NCBI GenBank assembly: GCA_026770705.1
Contig: JANJGN010000017.1
Coordinates: 77,748,001-77,812,000 of the forward strand
Direction of reading: 5' to 3'
From: Isurus oxyrinchus
Lineage: Eukaryota
DNA: 64,000 nt
This document shows, piece by piece, positions 13,046-26,104 of the stretch. Position numbers and translations under genes: made by a program. The stretch's first letter is position 1. Each line of letters opens with the position of its first letter. Under the pieces are notes generated by a model, which was given only the letters and a program-made list of their open reading frames with translations, had not been told where the DNA came from and searched no databases.

Positions 13046-15541
13046 CTCATGAAAGGTTTAAAATAAAAGGTGCGTTCTGTCCACAAAATATAGGAAAAAT
13101 CCCAATCAGGCCAATTACCATCAGTAAAATCTCAATTAGCAGCAAAGTGATAGAAGGTTTCTTCGACAGTGCTATTAAGCAGCATTTACACAGCAATAAA
13201 CTGCCCACTGATGCTCAGTTTGGGTTCTGCCAGACCCACTTGGCTCCAGACCTCATTGTAAACTTGGCCCAAACATCGGCAAAAGAGCTGGAATGAAGGG
13301 AGGAGAGAGTGACTACCTTTGACATCAAGCCAGCATTTGACTGAGTATGGCATCACAGAGCCCTAGCAAATTCAATGGAAATCAGGGGGAAATCTCTCCA
13401 GTGGCTGGAGTCATACCTAGCACCAAGTAGGGTGGTTGGTTGTGCTTGTTGGAACTTATTCAGGCTGATCACAAAGACAAATTCTGATTGGCTTGCCTCT
13501 CCCCACTTTGTCCTGACATTGTGACATTTTAAACCCTGTGCACCCCACAACTGGTGGAATGCTAGTCTTCCCCCATAAATTTCACCTATTCTGCCTCCTC
13601 CATGGCTAGCAATATTGTCTGCATGCAGCAGACATGCAGGCGGTACAAAGCTTTAAGTGGGACCCCATATCCTGCTTCCAAACAGCAACTGACACACAGT
13701 CATATAGGCAGAGCGGCAAAGGACGTTTTAATAAATTTCTGATACTTTTAACTACAATACCAAGATTTCTAGGTCATTAATAATACTATAGACTTACATA
13801 ACAATTTCATTAAGTTAAAACACTTGATTTTCTTGTCTGAAGCATCTATGTATCATAGTTACCAAATTAGATCACAAATAACTTTCTTCTGGTACTTTAA
13901 TTATGAGTTATCTCCTCAAGCTAATGAAAGCCTTTACTAACATGTTTAACTGTCATTTTATTTTGATACAAATTTATACATGAATAATCCACCATGTTAT
14001 GTCTTCCAATTCCCATTATTTAGAAATAATCACACTTTAGACTCAAATTCCTGGAGCTTCGTCGAGTGTATTTCATTCAACTCTGTATGGCTGGTGGACT
14101 GACACTGTTACTCGGCACCTGACTGCAGTGCAACAGTAAAATGTGCCATCGTGGATGTACATTCTCATAACAATTAGTTCCTATTTTTTATAAATAATAT
14201 AACAGCACGATGAAACAAACCACAACTTTTAGATCAAACAAAAACTTTGCCTAATGGTAACTGATAAACCAGTGGCCAGAAGCTCAGAGGGAAGTTAGGA
14301 TGTGGAACAATTTTGCAACTTTGTCTCCATGTGTTAGCTCCCAGTGCTCCTAGATTAGATATAGAATAAAATTACTGTCCCGAATCTTCCAAGGAGTGGC
14401 AATCGCCATCAGATTGCCACTTCACTCCTAGTTTTCCAAGCCACACCGGAGCTCCGTATTTCTGGACAGATCTTCCAATCCCAGCTCTCCAGAAATGTGG
14501 AGCATACCAAAATTAAACTGCTTCTTCGTAGTGCTGGATTGTCAGGTGAAGATGAGCCGTGCACTCTTTTTATGGCACTAGCTCCTGTATTCTAGTAAGT
14601 AAAGAGTTTAAATGTCTCAAAGCTTCTTTAAAAAGCTTTGGAGAGAATGTAAATATGTAAGGGGGTAGGGTGGCATCTGAGTAGGGTGGCAGCTAGGTAG
14701 GGTGTTAGATAGGTAGGGTGGCAGGTGGGTCAGTGAGCTGGGGAGGGTAGTCAGGTCGGGAGGGGTTGTCAGGTTGGGGGCTATATGTCAGACCCTGTTG
14801 GGGGGGGCAGCTGGGTGGCAGGGTCTAGTTAGTTTTGGATGGGGGCTAGTCAGGTCGGGGAGGGAGTTATGGGATCAAGAGGTTGTCAGGGGTGGGTGGG
14901 AGAGAGTGGTCAGTTTGAGTGATTGGGGGAGTCAGTTGTATAGTTACCTAGGAATTAGACTAGGATTTTTCTGTTTAACATTTTCTGAGTAACTATCCAG
15001 GTAAGTAAGTTAGAACTGTCCAAAGTCTTAGATTCTAACTCACAGTTGGAGACTTTTGCGGAGGATTCCAGGGAGTAGGGTTATTGCCCATTGGAAGTTC
15101 AAACTTCCCAGGCAATTCCCAAAGAGTCATTGCGTTGGGTCTTCTAATTGGCGTCCCATGGTGCATTTTCTGGGGTGCATCTGGAGATATCCGGAGATCA
15201 GAAGATCTGGGCCACTATGTCTCAACCAAGAAAAAGCAGCAACTGCTGGACCAGTGTTGACTTTTCTGCATCCAATACCAACCATCACTTTCTGAGTCAG
15301 ATCTTTGCTGATTGTGGGAAGTTTTGTGAAGTGGGACAGAACAAACTCATTTTACGTGGGTTCAAACAGATGATCCAGAGGCAACATGTTAACCAACTGC
15401 ACCATCCTGTTGCCAACAGATGCCAAATTAATGATTCATCTTGAAATATATTATAGTTAGTTGTTTTGCAAATTAAACAATATCATTTATTAAAGGGGTG
15501 TACAGATGTTATAAAATTACACTTTTTATTTAATAATGCAG

Positions 15542-15686
15542 CCCTCCACAAGGTATCTTGAAGAAAGTGCTGAAATCCCCTCTAACATCCACCAGTGATG
15601 AAATATGTAAGAGCAAGGATACTGTAATACATGACTTAGACAGAAAGTTACACTTCAAAGAGGAAGTTTTCCAGACTGGACAACAG
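15542..15686 (+). CDS. MYPN: Myopalladin coding exon (PPQGILKKVLKSP...DLDRKLHFKEEVFQTGQQ)
   Basis: Acceptor aatgcag|c and donor cag|gtaaga; 145 nt, phase 2-0. Joins the previous exon in frame and aligns with the MYPN/palladin K.AVI.DL..K..F segment. Confidence 0.9.
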
Positions 15687-16668
15687 GTAAGAGCTTTCTA
15701 CACAGAGGAAATCAAAGAGTTTTCTTGCTGCATTGACATTGAAAATATATTTCATATCCCAGCTTCAGCAATATTTTGTCAAATGTTCTGCTGTGACAAC
15801 AGAATAATGTTTAAACTCCCTTAACATGCAAAAGCATTCAAAGTTACCCCCGGAATATTTACAAATGTAATTCCTTTGTCTCCCTGCTTGTATCATAAAA
15901 CATGAACATGGTAGTGTGTCTTTTTGATTTTTTAAAAAGGCACAAGGATAAATTCAGGAATACTGCATTCCTGGAACAGAATCTTGCTCAATGGCAGTGT
16001 GAGCTCCTTGGCATTATATGGCCCATTCTGCATCCTGCAGTCCCACCAAATGAATCTAAGAGTTGAGAATTTCAGCATCACTGAATTTACCCCAAAGATT
16101 ACTAAGTAGTGCAATAGTCAGCTACTACAAGCCCAATGCCAGGAGATAATAGTTACAGCAGAGGTTTTTGTTGCTTCCTCTGTTTGTGGTTGTCACTTTA
16201 GAGGATTATCATAAGACAAGATCAATATCCTGAAAATTCCTACCTAACAGCCCTGTGGATTTACTTACACCACATGTACTGTAGTGGTTCAAGAAGGTGG
16301 TTCACCACCACCTTCTCAAGGACAATTAAGTATGGGCAGTAAATGCTTACCCTTCCAGGAACACCCACATCCCATTCATTCTGAACTATTCTGCAATCTG
16401 CTTATTGCAATAACTTTATTGTCTAATCACCTGCTTCCCTTCAATAGAGAATAATTTATGAGGATAAAATGGCCTGCAGATTTCTTGGACCAAATTCTCC
16501 TTAAAAATTTAATTTTGACGAGGTAGAGAATATTGCAACACAGGAGGCACAACACCATTCTTTTAGTTCTCTTTCGTGATCAATACCATTTGATTCAATT
16601 CTATTTGAAACTATTCAATTGCTGTAATTAACATTTAACAATTCATCAGCAAATTATTGAATTAATTA

Positions 16669-17734
16669 CAGAGATAAAAACAAAGAAAACTGCGGATGCT
16701 GGAAATCCAAAACAAAAACAGAATTACCTGGAAAAACTCAGCAGGTCTGGCAGCATCGGCGGAGAAGAAAAGAGTTGACGTTTCGAGTCCTCATGACCCT
16801 TCGACAGAACTTGATTTCGAGTCCAAGAAAGAGTTGAAATATAAGCTGGTTTAAGGTGTGTGTGTGGGGGGGGCGGAGAGATAGAGAGAGACAGAGGTGC
16901 TTGTGTAGACAAACAAGCAGCATTTCACTTGCATTTCCCCCAACTTAGTCTACTGCATTCGTTGCTCCCAATGTGGTCTCCTCTACATTGGAGAGACCAA
17001 ACGTAAACTGGGCGACCGCTTTGCAGAACACCTGCGGTCTGTCCGCAAGAATGACCCAAACCTCCCTGTCGCTTGCCATTTTAACACTCCACCCTGCTCT
17101 CTTGCCCACATGTCTGTCCTTGGCTTACTGCATTGTTCCAGTGAAGCCCAACGCAAACTGGAGGAACAACACCTCATCTTCCGACTAGGCACCTTACAGC
17201 CTTCCGGTCTGAATATTGAATTCAATAACTTTAGGTCGTGAGCTCCCTCCCCCATCTCCACCCCCTTTCTGTTTCCCCCCTTTTTTTCCCCTTTTTTTTC
17301 CCTATAAATTTTATAGATTTTTCTTTTCCCACCTATTTCCATTATTTTTAAATATTTTAAAATCTTTTATGCTCCCCCCACCCCCACTAGAGCTGTACCT
17401 TGAGTGCCCTACCATCCATTCTTAATTAGCACATTCGTTTAGATAATATCACCAACTTTAACTTTAACACCTATGTGTTCTTTTGTACCATTGTCGCTGA
17501 CATCTTTTGATGATCTGCTTCTATCACTGCTTGTTTGTCTACACAAGCACCTCTGTCTCTCTCTATCTCTCCGCCCCCCCCACACACACACCTTAAACCA
17601 GCTTATATTTCAACTCTTTCTTGGACTCGAAATCAAGTTCTGTCGAAGGGTCATGAGGACTCGAAACGTCAACTCTTTTCTTCTCCGCCGATGCTGCCAG
17701 ACCTGCTGAGTTTTTCCAGGTAATTCTGTTTTTG
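16669..17734 (+). mobile_element. Penelope-like element, 5'-truncated, with an inverted pseudo-LTR
   Basis: 16669-~16920 is an inverted copy of the tail; 16921-17734 is the GIY-YIG end plus tail. 14-bp TSD tattgaattaatta at 16655-16668 and 17735-17748. Confidence 0.9.
17636..17674 (+). ncRNA. Minimal type-I hammerhead ribozyme-like motif (variant core CUGUCGA)
   Basis: agtt-CUGUCGA-A-GGGUC(augag)GACUC-GAAAC-GUC^-aact. Related copies at ~4698-4735(-), 4736-4773(+), 6889-6927(+), ~10172-10211(+), ~10524-10562(-), ~11409-11448(-) and ~16772-16811(-). Confidence 0.7.
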
Positions 17735-18189
17735 TATTGAATTAATTATCTGTACATAAATTTATTAAAATATTTAACATCTATTCATTGCATACATATC
17801 TAATCTGCACTATATGAAATAAAGCGCCATTGATGCATTGTCCTCACCATGTATTATGCACAGAGATTGCAAAATAAAACCTGCTGTTTGTATGAACAAT
17901 TAATCATTAATATATTGCCAGTCTCACAAAAAGCTTCTCCTAACTTTGCGCATGATGTTGGAGTCTATTCGTAAAACAGATTGAGTTTGATGTTTCTATT
18001 CAAAAGTTATCTGTGAACTTTTAAAAAAAGTTGTGTCCCTAAATATATCCATCTGTCACATCCATCACATTACTCAAGCTTAACGTGGTAAATTGGTGAA
18101 CTATACATCCAGATACGATATTTTGGTTATTAATCTGGAACATAACAGAATGATAGGATGTTTTCCATAATTTTCCAAAATGATAATCA

Positions 18190-18900
18190 ACCATCCATTC
18201 ATCCATCTATCCAATAAATTCATCCAAACCATTCATCCATCTGTTCAAGATATCTGTACAATCCATCCATCCAAGCCATCCTTCAAATCCATTGATCAAT
18301 CCATCTATCTAAGGCATCATTCATCCTTTGATCTATCTGTTCAGTCTATCCATCCAGATCGCCCTTCAAATTCATCCATCTACCCAATCTGTTCACCTAT
18401 CTAATTTATACATCCATCCATCATTTCAACCAAGGAGTCCAATGACCCATCCAAGCAATCCATTCAGTTCATCAATCCAGTCACCCTACTGTATAAGCTG
18501 TTCATCCGTTATTCTATCTAATCCATTTACCTATCCATCCATCCAGTCCATCCTACTAATCTGTCCTTCCATACCTGCCCTGCATAAATTCCACCCATCC
18601 ACTCACCTGCTCACCCAATCTCACCCATCCATCCACCCAGTCCATCTATAAATTCCATCTTTCCATCTAATACATCCATCCAATCCATGCATCAGTCTGG
18701 TTATCCATTCATCCAATAATTTATTTAGCCAGCAAGTCTATTTAATCATCTGACTAACCATCTAACTAATCCATCCAGCTATCCAACCATCTATCCTTGT
18801 ATGCATGCACCAATCGATTCATTCAACTACTTATTCACTTAATCCATTTATCGATTAATGTAATCAATTCAATTTATCGATCTACCATCCACCCCTTACA
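18190..18900 (+). repeat. Degenerate (ATCC/TCCA)n simple repeat
   Basis: Directly visible ccatccatccat-type degenerate tract. Confidence 0.85.
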
Positions 18901-19023
18901 CCTCTCCATCTATTTTTCTTACCTACAGGTCCCCTGTGCAGGTTCTCCATGATCCAAGAGCTGGCTACTTATGGTGATAAAATTTAGAGTCAAGTATTTA
19001 TTAAATTCTTTTTATGCCTGCAG

Positions 19024-19074
19024 GACTTTAAATATCTGATAGAATCAACTCGCAGCGGTCTTGGTCAGCAACAG
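19024..19074 (+). CDS. MYPN: Candidate 51-nt in-frame cassette exon (DFKYLIESTRSGLGQQQ)
   Basis: Acceptor ttctttttatgcctgcag|gac and donor cag|gttaag; phase 0-0, no stop; lies between the ...GQQ and EYKVSS exons. No transcript evidence. Confidence 0.5.
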
Positions 19075-20268
19075 GTTAAGTCGAAAGCAACATTTTACTA
19101 TCTCTTCTTTATTTCAGAGCCATTTCTCATCATTCTTCTGTTTTACATTACTAGATGTGGTACTGAGGCATATTGTAGCCAACTGTTTGAGGAATCAAAG
19201 TGCCAGCTCTATAAAGCACCCTTTCATAGTGAATCTGTTTTTAGAGAAAATATCTTTGGACAACCTTCAACCCTGAGTTTGCAGTGTTGCTTGCCGAGTT
19301 CCTTCAGCAGCCATTAGTCAAATGTTGCATGCCTGTCTTGCTGTTTAATTTCTTTGCACCTGCTAACTTAAGATGGCTATCTCTTGAACTGATTTTATTT
19401 TTTTTTAAAAGAACCTTTTCTTTACTTTGGTTCTATCTGGAGCATGGAAGTTGAAATCTAACATAATTCTCAAGTGTAGTGACCCTGTCACTAACTGGTA
19501 AACTTAAACTATTCAATATAGCAGTTACTTATCTCAAGCCCTGCTCATCTACATTGGCTTTCTTTCCCTCTAAAGCATTATTTTCAAAACCTTCATCTTT
19601 ATTTATAAATCCCTCCATAGCCCTGCGTTACCCTACCTCCATTACCTTCTGCACATTTATTTCTCACTGTGGGCTCTTCATTCTTCTAACTTTGGTGCCC
19701 TGTGCATTGCACATCCTCCCCCACCCATTGCACCACTGGAGGCAGAGGTTCTACTCTCTGTAACTCAGTTCTTGAGCCGTTTCACCTTTCTACCCAACTT
19801 TAACTTTTCAAAACCAAGCTGTCTAACCACCACTTTGCACAGCTTTCCTCTTTCTCCACTTAAGCTATATTTATCTTTTTTTCCCTTTACAAAGTCCCTT
19901 GGGGAACTGGAGCACACTGTTGAAGTTAAACAAGCAGAAGCAAGATTTCAGATTAGATTGTGAGATTAGATTATTGGGTCATATAGAGTATTTTACATGT
20001 AGAACAGTCATTGGATATAATGTTTAATAATCCTTTCAAAAATGGAGTTACAAACTACCTGCCTAGGAACAGGATTGAAATATATGGAGATGAAGAAAAT
20101 GTTGAAACTGCACAGCAGCTCGCTAAGGGAAAAGACTGATTGTTGTTTAAGTAAGACTTGTTGTCAGAACTGGAAACTGAAAGACAAGTAAATCCTTTAG
20201 AATGGTTGGAAAAGGAAGAAAAATAAACATGATGTGGAGAAAAGGACAAAATTTGAGATACTCTAAAA

Positions 20269-23200
20269 GGCCTGAATTTTTAACTCGGCAGGCGGGCACA
20301 ATTGGCAGGCCTGGGATCAGCCAGGAAATGGACCACTGACCGCGATTTCACACTGGCTGGCCAGGGTGGGGGCGGGAAGAGGGCAAAGAATGACATCAAG
20401 GCGGGCGAGGTTGAGCACTGAGAGAAATCTCCCTGAAGGCATGGAGCTTATAACCATCAAATAAAGTTTCAAAAATCCGGAAAAAAATGTCCCAGCATCA
20501 GAATCAGGCAAATGAAAGTATAGATGATAAAAATGCAGTCCACAGATTTTTATTTTTATTTTATTTCCTAACAGAAACCACATCCCACCCTTGGATGAGG
20601 TTTCATGAAAAATGTAAAGGCTATCTGGCCAATTTGCCCGTCCACCAACCATAAGGTTGGATGGACCATGAAAAATCAGAGTCAATTTTTCCATTAATGG
20701 GCTTAATTCCCTCTTAATTGTCGGCAGGCACGCTTCCAACTTTTGCGCACACCTACCGACCGGAATATCACACGAGATTGGGATAACGTTGGGACGCTCG
20801 CCCAATGTCATCTTGCCGGATTCCATGTCCGGTGCAGGAAATGCGGCCGGGTATGCGGGAGCATCTTGGGGGAGATATATGAGATTATGCTTGGCTTGGT
20901 CTCCGTAGTGGAGGAGTGTACTCCGACAATCATCGAAGCAATAAGCCACATGTCCGAGCACCATGCGTCCTCCATGGACAGAGTGACGACTCTTGTGGAG
21001 AGGCTCCTCCAAGAGAGCAGCCGGGGCTTCCTGGGGAAGCGCTCTGACCAGCAAGCCCTCACATCGGCATTGACCTCAGCAATTTTCCCAACTCGGTGCC
21101 CATCCACCCACGGTGAGCAGGGAGGTCCGAAGCAACTTCACATCGTCATAGCAGCTGCCTGCCATCTCTGCGGGCACCTCTCAGGATGCTCCGGTTCAGA
21201 GCAGCAGCTCCTCTGCCCCTCTCTCAGTGACCGTAGAATACAGTAAGGCTGCGACGACTGAGGAGATGCCAGATGCGGAACTAGCAGATCCCTCCTAGGC
21301 GGGGCCAGCACAGGGTCCATTGGCCAGACGACGACCGCCAAGGTCATCAAGGCCAACAGGACAGCAGAGTCAGCAGGTTGTCTCAGATGCCACTCCCAGC
21401 GATGGGGCAGTGTCAAGATGTAGCACCCAGAAACATAAACATAAGGCACCCAAGGCGCACTATTACTGGTGCTTTTGTGTTGGGCCGAGATGAGGTCTTT
21501 ATGATTTGCTTTGAATTGGAACACTATTATCATTTTTTTGGCTTAAGTTTCTTTGCTTGTGATATTAAATTCAGACATGTGACCTTGGCTGAGGGTGCTT
21601 CTTTCCTTCTGCATGTGTACGGGTTCCAAAAATGTTAGGAGTGCTTTGTGGGAATTCAGCTTTATTAACAAGCCCTTAGTTACTGTTCCTAACTTGGAAG
21701 ATTTGGCACTTAGGTATCAAGTATGGAGCCTACAGCTCAGGCTTGTCCTGGAGGCCCATCTGTGGTGTGCTAGTTGAAGGTTCTTTGGATTTGGAATGTT
21801 CTGTGGCGTCCCTGCCTCCCTGCAGTATTCTTGGGTCAGCGTCTTTGCCCTCAGCATTTCCTTGTGCATGCTTATCCTCAGACTCACTGCTGGACTCTTC
21901 ATGTGCAGTCGCAGCCACTGTATCGATGTCTTCATCATCCACTGCATCCCCCCTTTCCAGTGCAAGATTGTGGAGAGCGCGGCGTGCAACAACTATCACT
22001 GAGACATGAACTAGGAGGTTCTGGAGTGTGTCCCCTGAGGGGTCCAGGCATCGGAAGGGCATCTTGAGAAGACCGATGGTTCTCTCCATCACAGCCCTTG
22101 TGGAGGCATGACTCCTATCGTACTGCTGCTCAGCTTGTACTCTTGGATGGCGGAGAGGTATGATGAGCCACCTTCTGAGGGGATAGCCCTTGTGACCCAG
22201 CAGCCATCCATCAAGTCGGGCTGGAGCACTGAACAGCCCCCGCACCTGGGAGTGTCTGAGGATATAGGTGTCATGGGAGCTGCCTGGGTACCTTGCACAG
22301 ACTTGTAGAAGCTGCATCCTGTGGTCACACACTATCTACACATTCATGGAGTGGAAGCCCTTCCTGTTGATGGAGGCACCAGGCTCACCTGCTGGCGCCT
22401 TGATGGCCTCGTGTGTATAGTCTATTGCACCCTGGACACGGGGGAAGCCAGCAATGGCCACAATGCCTCTGGCTCACTGTGTCTGGCTTGCCTGGTCCCA
22501 ACAGAAGTGGGTGAAGGTCAATGCATGCCTAAACAGAACGTCTGTAACCTGCTTGACACAAGTGTGGATAGCTGATTGGGAGACACCTCAAAGATCACCC
22601 ACCGACCCCTAAAAGGAGCCAGACGCATAGAAGTTGAGGGCAGCAGTGACCTTCAGAGCCATTGGCATGGGGTGTCCACCCACACAGTGAGCGGAGATCT
22701 CAGGCCCAGTCATCTGACTGATATAGTTGACTATCTCCTTTGAGAGACGGAGCCTCCTTTGTGACTGCACTCCTGACGTATTGAGGTAGCTGCTTCGTTT
22801 CCTGTATACCCTGCCACGATAGTCGCGTCTTCTGCGGCCCCTTCTGCCTTGGTCTACCTCTTGGCCCTGCGCCTCTTGTGCCTGCGCCTTTCTTCCTAAA
22901 TGTGGCTACCTTGGAGGTTGAATGTGCACTCCTGGCCTCCTCCCCCTTCTAGTCCTCCCTTCCTCCTCAAAGGAGGTGCCTTCAGTGGACAGTTCAGCTC
23001 CCATTCCCAGGCTAAGGGAAGGCTTCTTGAAACCTGCAGGCCCAAAAAAGATTCCTCACTGCAGAGTGCTGACCTGAAGTTTAAGAGTCCAGACAAAACA
23101 GCTGGTATGTGTTTTGAAGTATTGCAGATCACACAGGCAAAGATATTTTTCAATATCTTTGAAAAATCAATACTTGAGAGAGCACACTCGCGACCCCACA

Positions 23201-23420
23201 GAGCCTTCTTATCCCACCCGTGGATAGGTTCATATAAATGTGTCCTACCCGCCTGCCTGTTCACTGACCCGAAGATTGCATGGGCGCAGAAAAATCAGCA
23301 TTGATTGGTGAGTTAAGGGCCTTAAGTGGCCCGTTAATTAATGGCGGGCGCGCATCGGATATCATTGCATACCCGCCCAATGAAATAGCGCAATGGCGCG
23401 CAGTGATGTCGGGACGCTCG
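20269..23420. mobile_element. PIF/Harbinger transposon, partial (transposase on -, Myb-partner 3' part on +)
   Basis: Left TIR ggcctgaatttt. DDE_Tnp_4/HARBI1-like ORF 21730-22332(-): YPGSSHD, WLLG.KGYP, ERTIGLLK..FRCL, LHN. Right TIR not seen. Confidence 0.85.
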
Positions 23421-24146
23421 GAACCATCAAGGGTAAGAGTGCTCTGTTGCTAGCTTGTTCCTTTCACCCTTATCCCACACTGGGGAATATTTCCAGAAAT
23501 GGCAATGGGGGCAGGAATCATGGAATTGGTTCCCTCCCACCATTTTTAAAGGAATCCTGGGCCGGAGTAACTTGGTGAAAATCTGGGCTAAAGTCTTTCA
23601 TTATCACTACTCTATAGTTTGTGTGCCTCTCAGTAATTTCCTTGAAAACCTGTGACTCTATTTCCTTCCCACTATTTGGTGGTCTATAAAATACACCAAG
23701 CAGCATAACAGCAAAGAGGACTGGGAGAAAGTTGGAGTAGAAATAATACAGAATTAAGTAAAATCATATAAAATACAAAAGGGTATAAATTAGGTTTGAA
23801 ATACATGTGTGCAACTGTACAAAGTGTGAGTTGACAAAGTTAGTGAGCTGCAGGTGTAAATAGCCATGTGGGAATATATTGTAGTGATGATAACTGACAC
23901 CAGTCTAAAAAAGGAAAAGATTGGAAAAATTAATATTCCTAGGTACAAGGTATCAGGAAAGATAGGGAAGGATAAGCAGGAGAGGTAGTAGTTTTGAACA
24001 AGAAAATAATAGTGCTTGAAAGAGAGAATGTCATTGTGGAATTAAAAATAAAACCCATTTGGCTGTAGTTAAGAAACAATAAAGGAGCTTTTATGGAGAT
24101 GAAGGGTAGAATATTCCCCCATCTGGGGGGGGGGGGTGGTGGGGTT

Positions 24147-24990
24147 AAACATAGAAACATAGAAAAAAGGAGCAGGGATAGGCTATTCAACCCTTCGAGC
24201 CTGCTCCACCATTCATTATAATCATGGCTGATCATTCAACTCAATAGTCTGCTCCCACTTTCTTCCCATATCCTTTGATCCCTTTCACCCCAAGAGCTAT
24301 ATCTAACTCCTTCTTGAAAACATACAATGTTTTGGCCTCAACTACTTTCTGTGGTAGCGAATTCCACAGCTCACCACTCTCTGGGTGAAGAAATTTCTCC
24401 TCATCTCAGTCCTAAATGGTCTACCTCGTATCCTCAGAGTGTGACCCCTGGTTCTGGACTCCCCCATCATTGGGAACATCCTTCCTGCATCTACCCTGTC
24501 TGGTCCTGTTAGAATTTTATAGTTTTCTATAAGATCCCCCCTCATTCTTCTGAACTCCAGCGAATATAATCCTAACCGACTCAATATGCCAGTCCCGCCA
24601 TCCCAGGAATCAGTGTGGTAAACCTTCGCTGCACTCCCTCTATAGCAAGAACATCCTTCCTCAGATAAGGAGAGCAAAATTTCACACAGTATTTCAGGTG
24701 TGGTCTCACCAAGGCCCTGTATAATTGCAGTAAGACATTCCTGCTCCTGTACTTGAATCCTTTTGCTATGAAGGCCAACAAACCATTTGCCTTCTTTACC
24801 ACCTGCTGCACCTGCATGCTTACCTTCAGCGATTGGTGCATGAGGACACCCAGGTCTCATTGCACATTCCCCGCTCTCAATTTATAGCCATTCAGATAAT
24901 AATCTGTCTTCCTGTTTTTGCTACCAAAGTGGATAACCTCACATTTATCCACATTATACTGCATCTGCCATGCATTTGCCCACTTAGCTT
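24147..24990 (-). mobile_element. CR1 LINE 3' fragment nested in a Harbinger-type MITE (~24104-25576)
   Basis: LVRPHL.YCV.F.SPY, RLGLYSLEFRR.RGDLIE and an acatagaaacataga tail. Confidence 0.85.
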
Positions 24991-26104
24991 CTCCAAATTG
25001 TGTGGGGGCGGGCACGGACCCGATTGGTATCCCTGATCGGGTCCGTGCCGCCATTTAACATGGGCAGGCCAATTAAGGCCTGTCCAGCATGACGCGTGCC
25101 TTGAAGCGCTGTGCACTCCCTTTGCGGGCGGGGTGGGGGGGTTCCGAGTCAGGAATGCGCGCTTTCGCGCATGCGTGGAGCTGCCTCAGGGAGATTAATT
25201 GGAGTGTGAAAAACCGCAAAAAAGATTTTTAAAAAATATTCGGACATTTCCCCTCATGTGAAACTGTCACGTGAGCTGGGACATGTGCATTAATTGCAAT
25301 AAAAAATTTTTTCAAAATTTAAAATCATTCATGAAACCTCATCCCAATCTTAAGATTGAATGGGCAACTCTGTTAATTACTCTAATTGACAGTTTAATGG
25401 CCTTAATAGGCCTTTGACAGTACGGCGGGCGCGCAGCCGACTCGGCTGCTCACCCACTGAACTGAAAGTCTGAATGATGCGCAGTGACATCGGGATGCAC
25501 GCCTGATGTCACCACGCATCATTTTAGGCCTCTGCGAGAGGGCCCCATTTCTGCTCGCCGAGCCGAAGATTCAGCCCCAAAGGTTTGAAGGATCAAAGGC
25601 CTCTGGTGTGGGTGGAACAGGGGGAGAGATCGAAGTTCTCAGTTTGGGAGGGAATGTCAGAGGCCTTGGGAAAGATTGGGGGTCTCTGGCGCAGGAAGAT
25701 TAGAGACCATGGAAGCGGTTGAATCAGGGGGAAGGTCAGAAAGGTTGGGGTGTATCTGATTGTGAGGGATCTGCGAGGCAGGTCTGCTGGATTCAACAAG
25801 TAAGTTGAAAGGCAGTTACCTCTGAATCCAATAGTCCTTGCCTTCCTGTAGCTGCTGGGCATCTTGAGGCTCAGGAAACCCAGCCAGATAGCCGAGCAGA
25901 ATTCAGTTGGGAATGTTGGATTAAAAATGAGGCTCAGCTTTATTATAATATTTAAATTGCCAACTTGCCAGCTGATGGTGAGTTGGCTGCCTGCCCCCAT
26001 CCTGTCGCAGGAAGGGTGGGATCGGGATTCAGATTTTAATACTTTAACATTCTACCCAGCCCAATCCAATCCAACCTTGTCCATTTTTTAGGGTTGAAAC
26101 TCCC

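Noticed and set aside
18929-18975. Additional exon from the strong acceptor at 18928
   Set aside because: The phase-0 frame hits TGA after 7 codons and there is no convincing donor.
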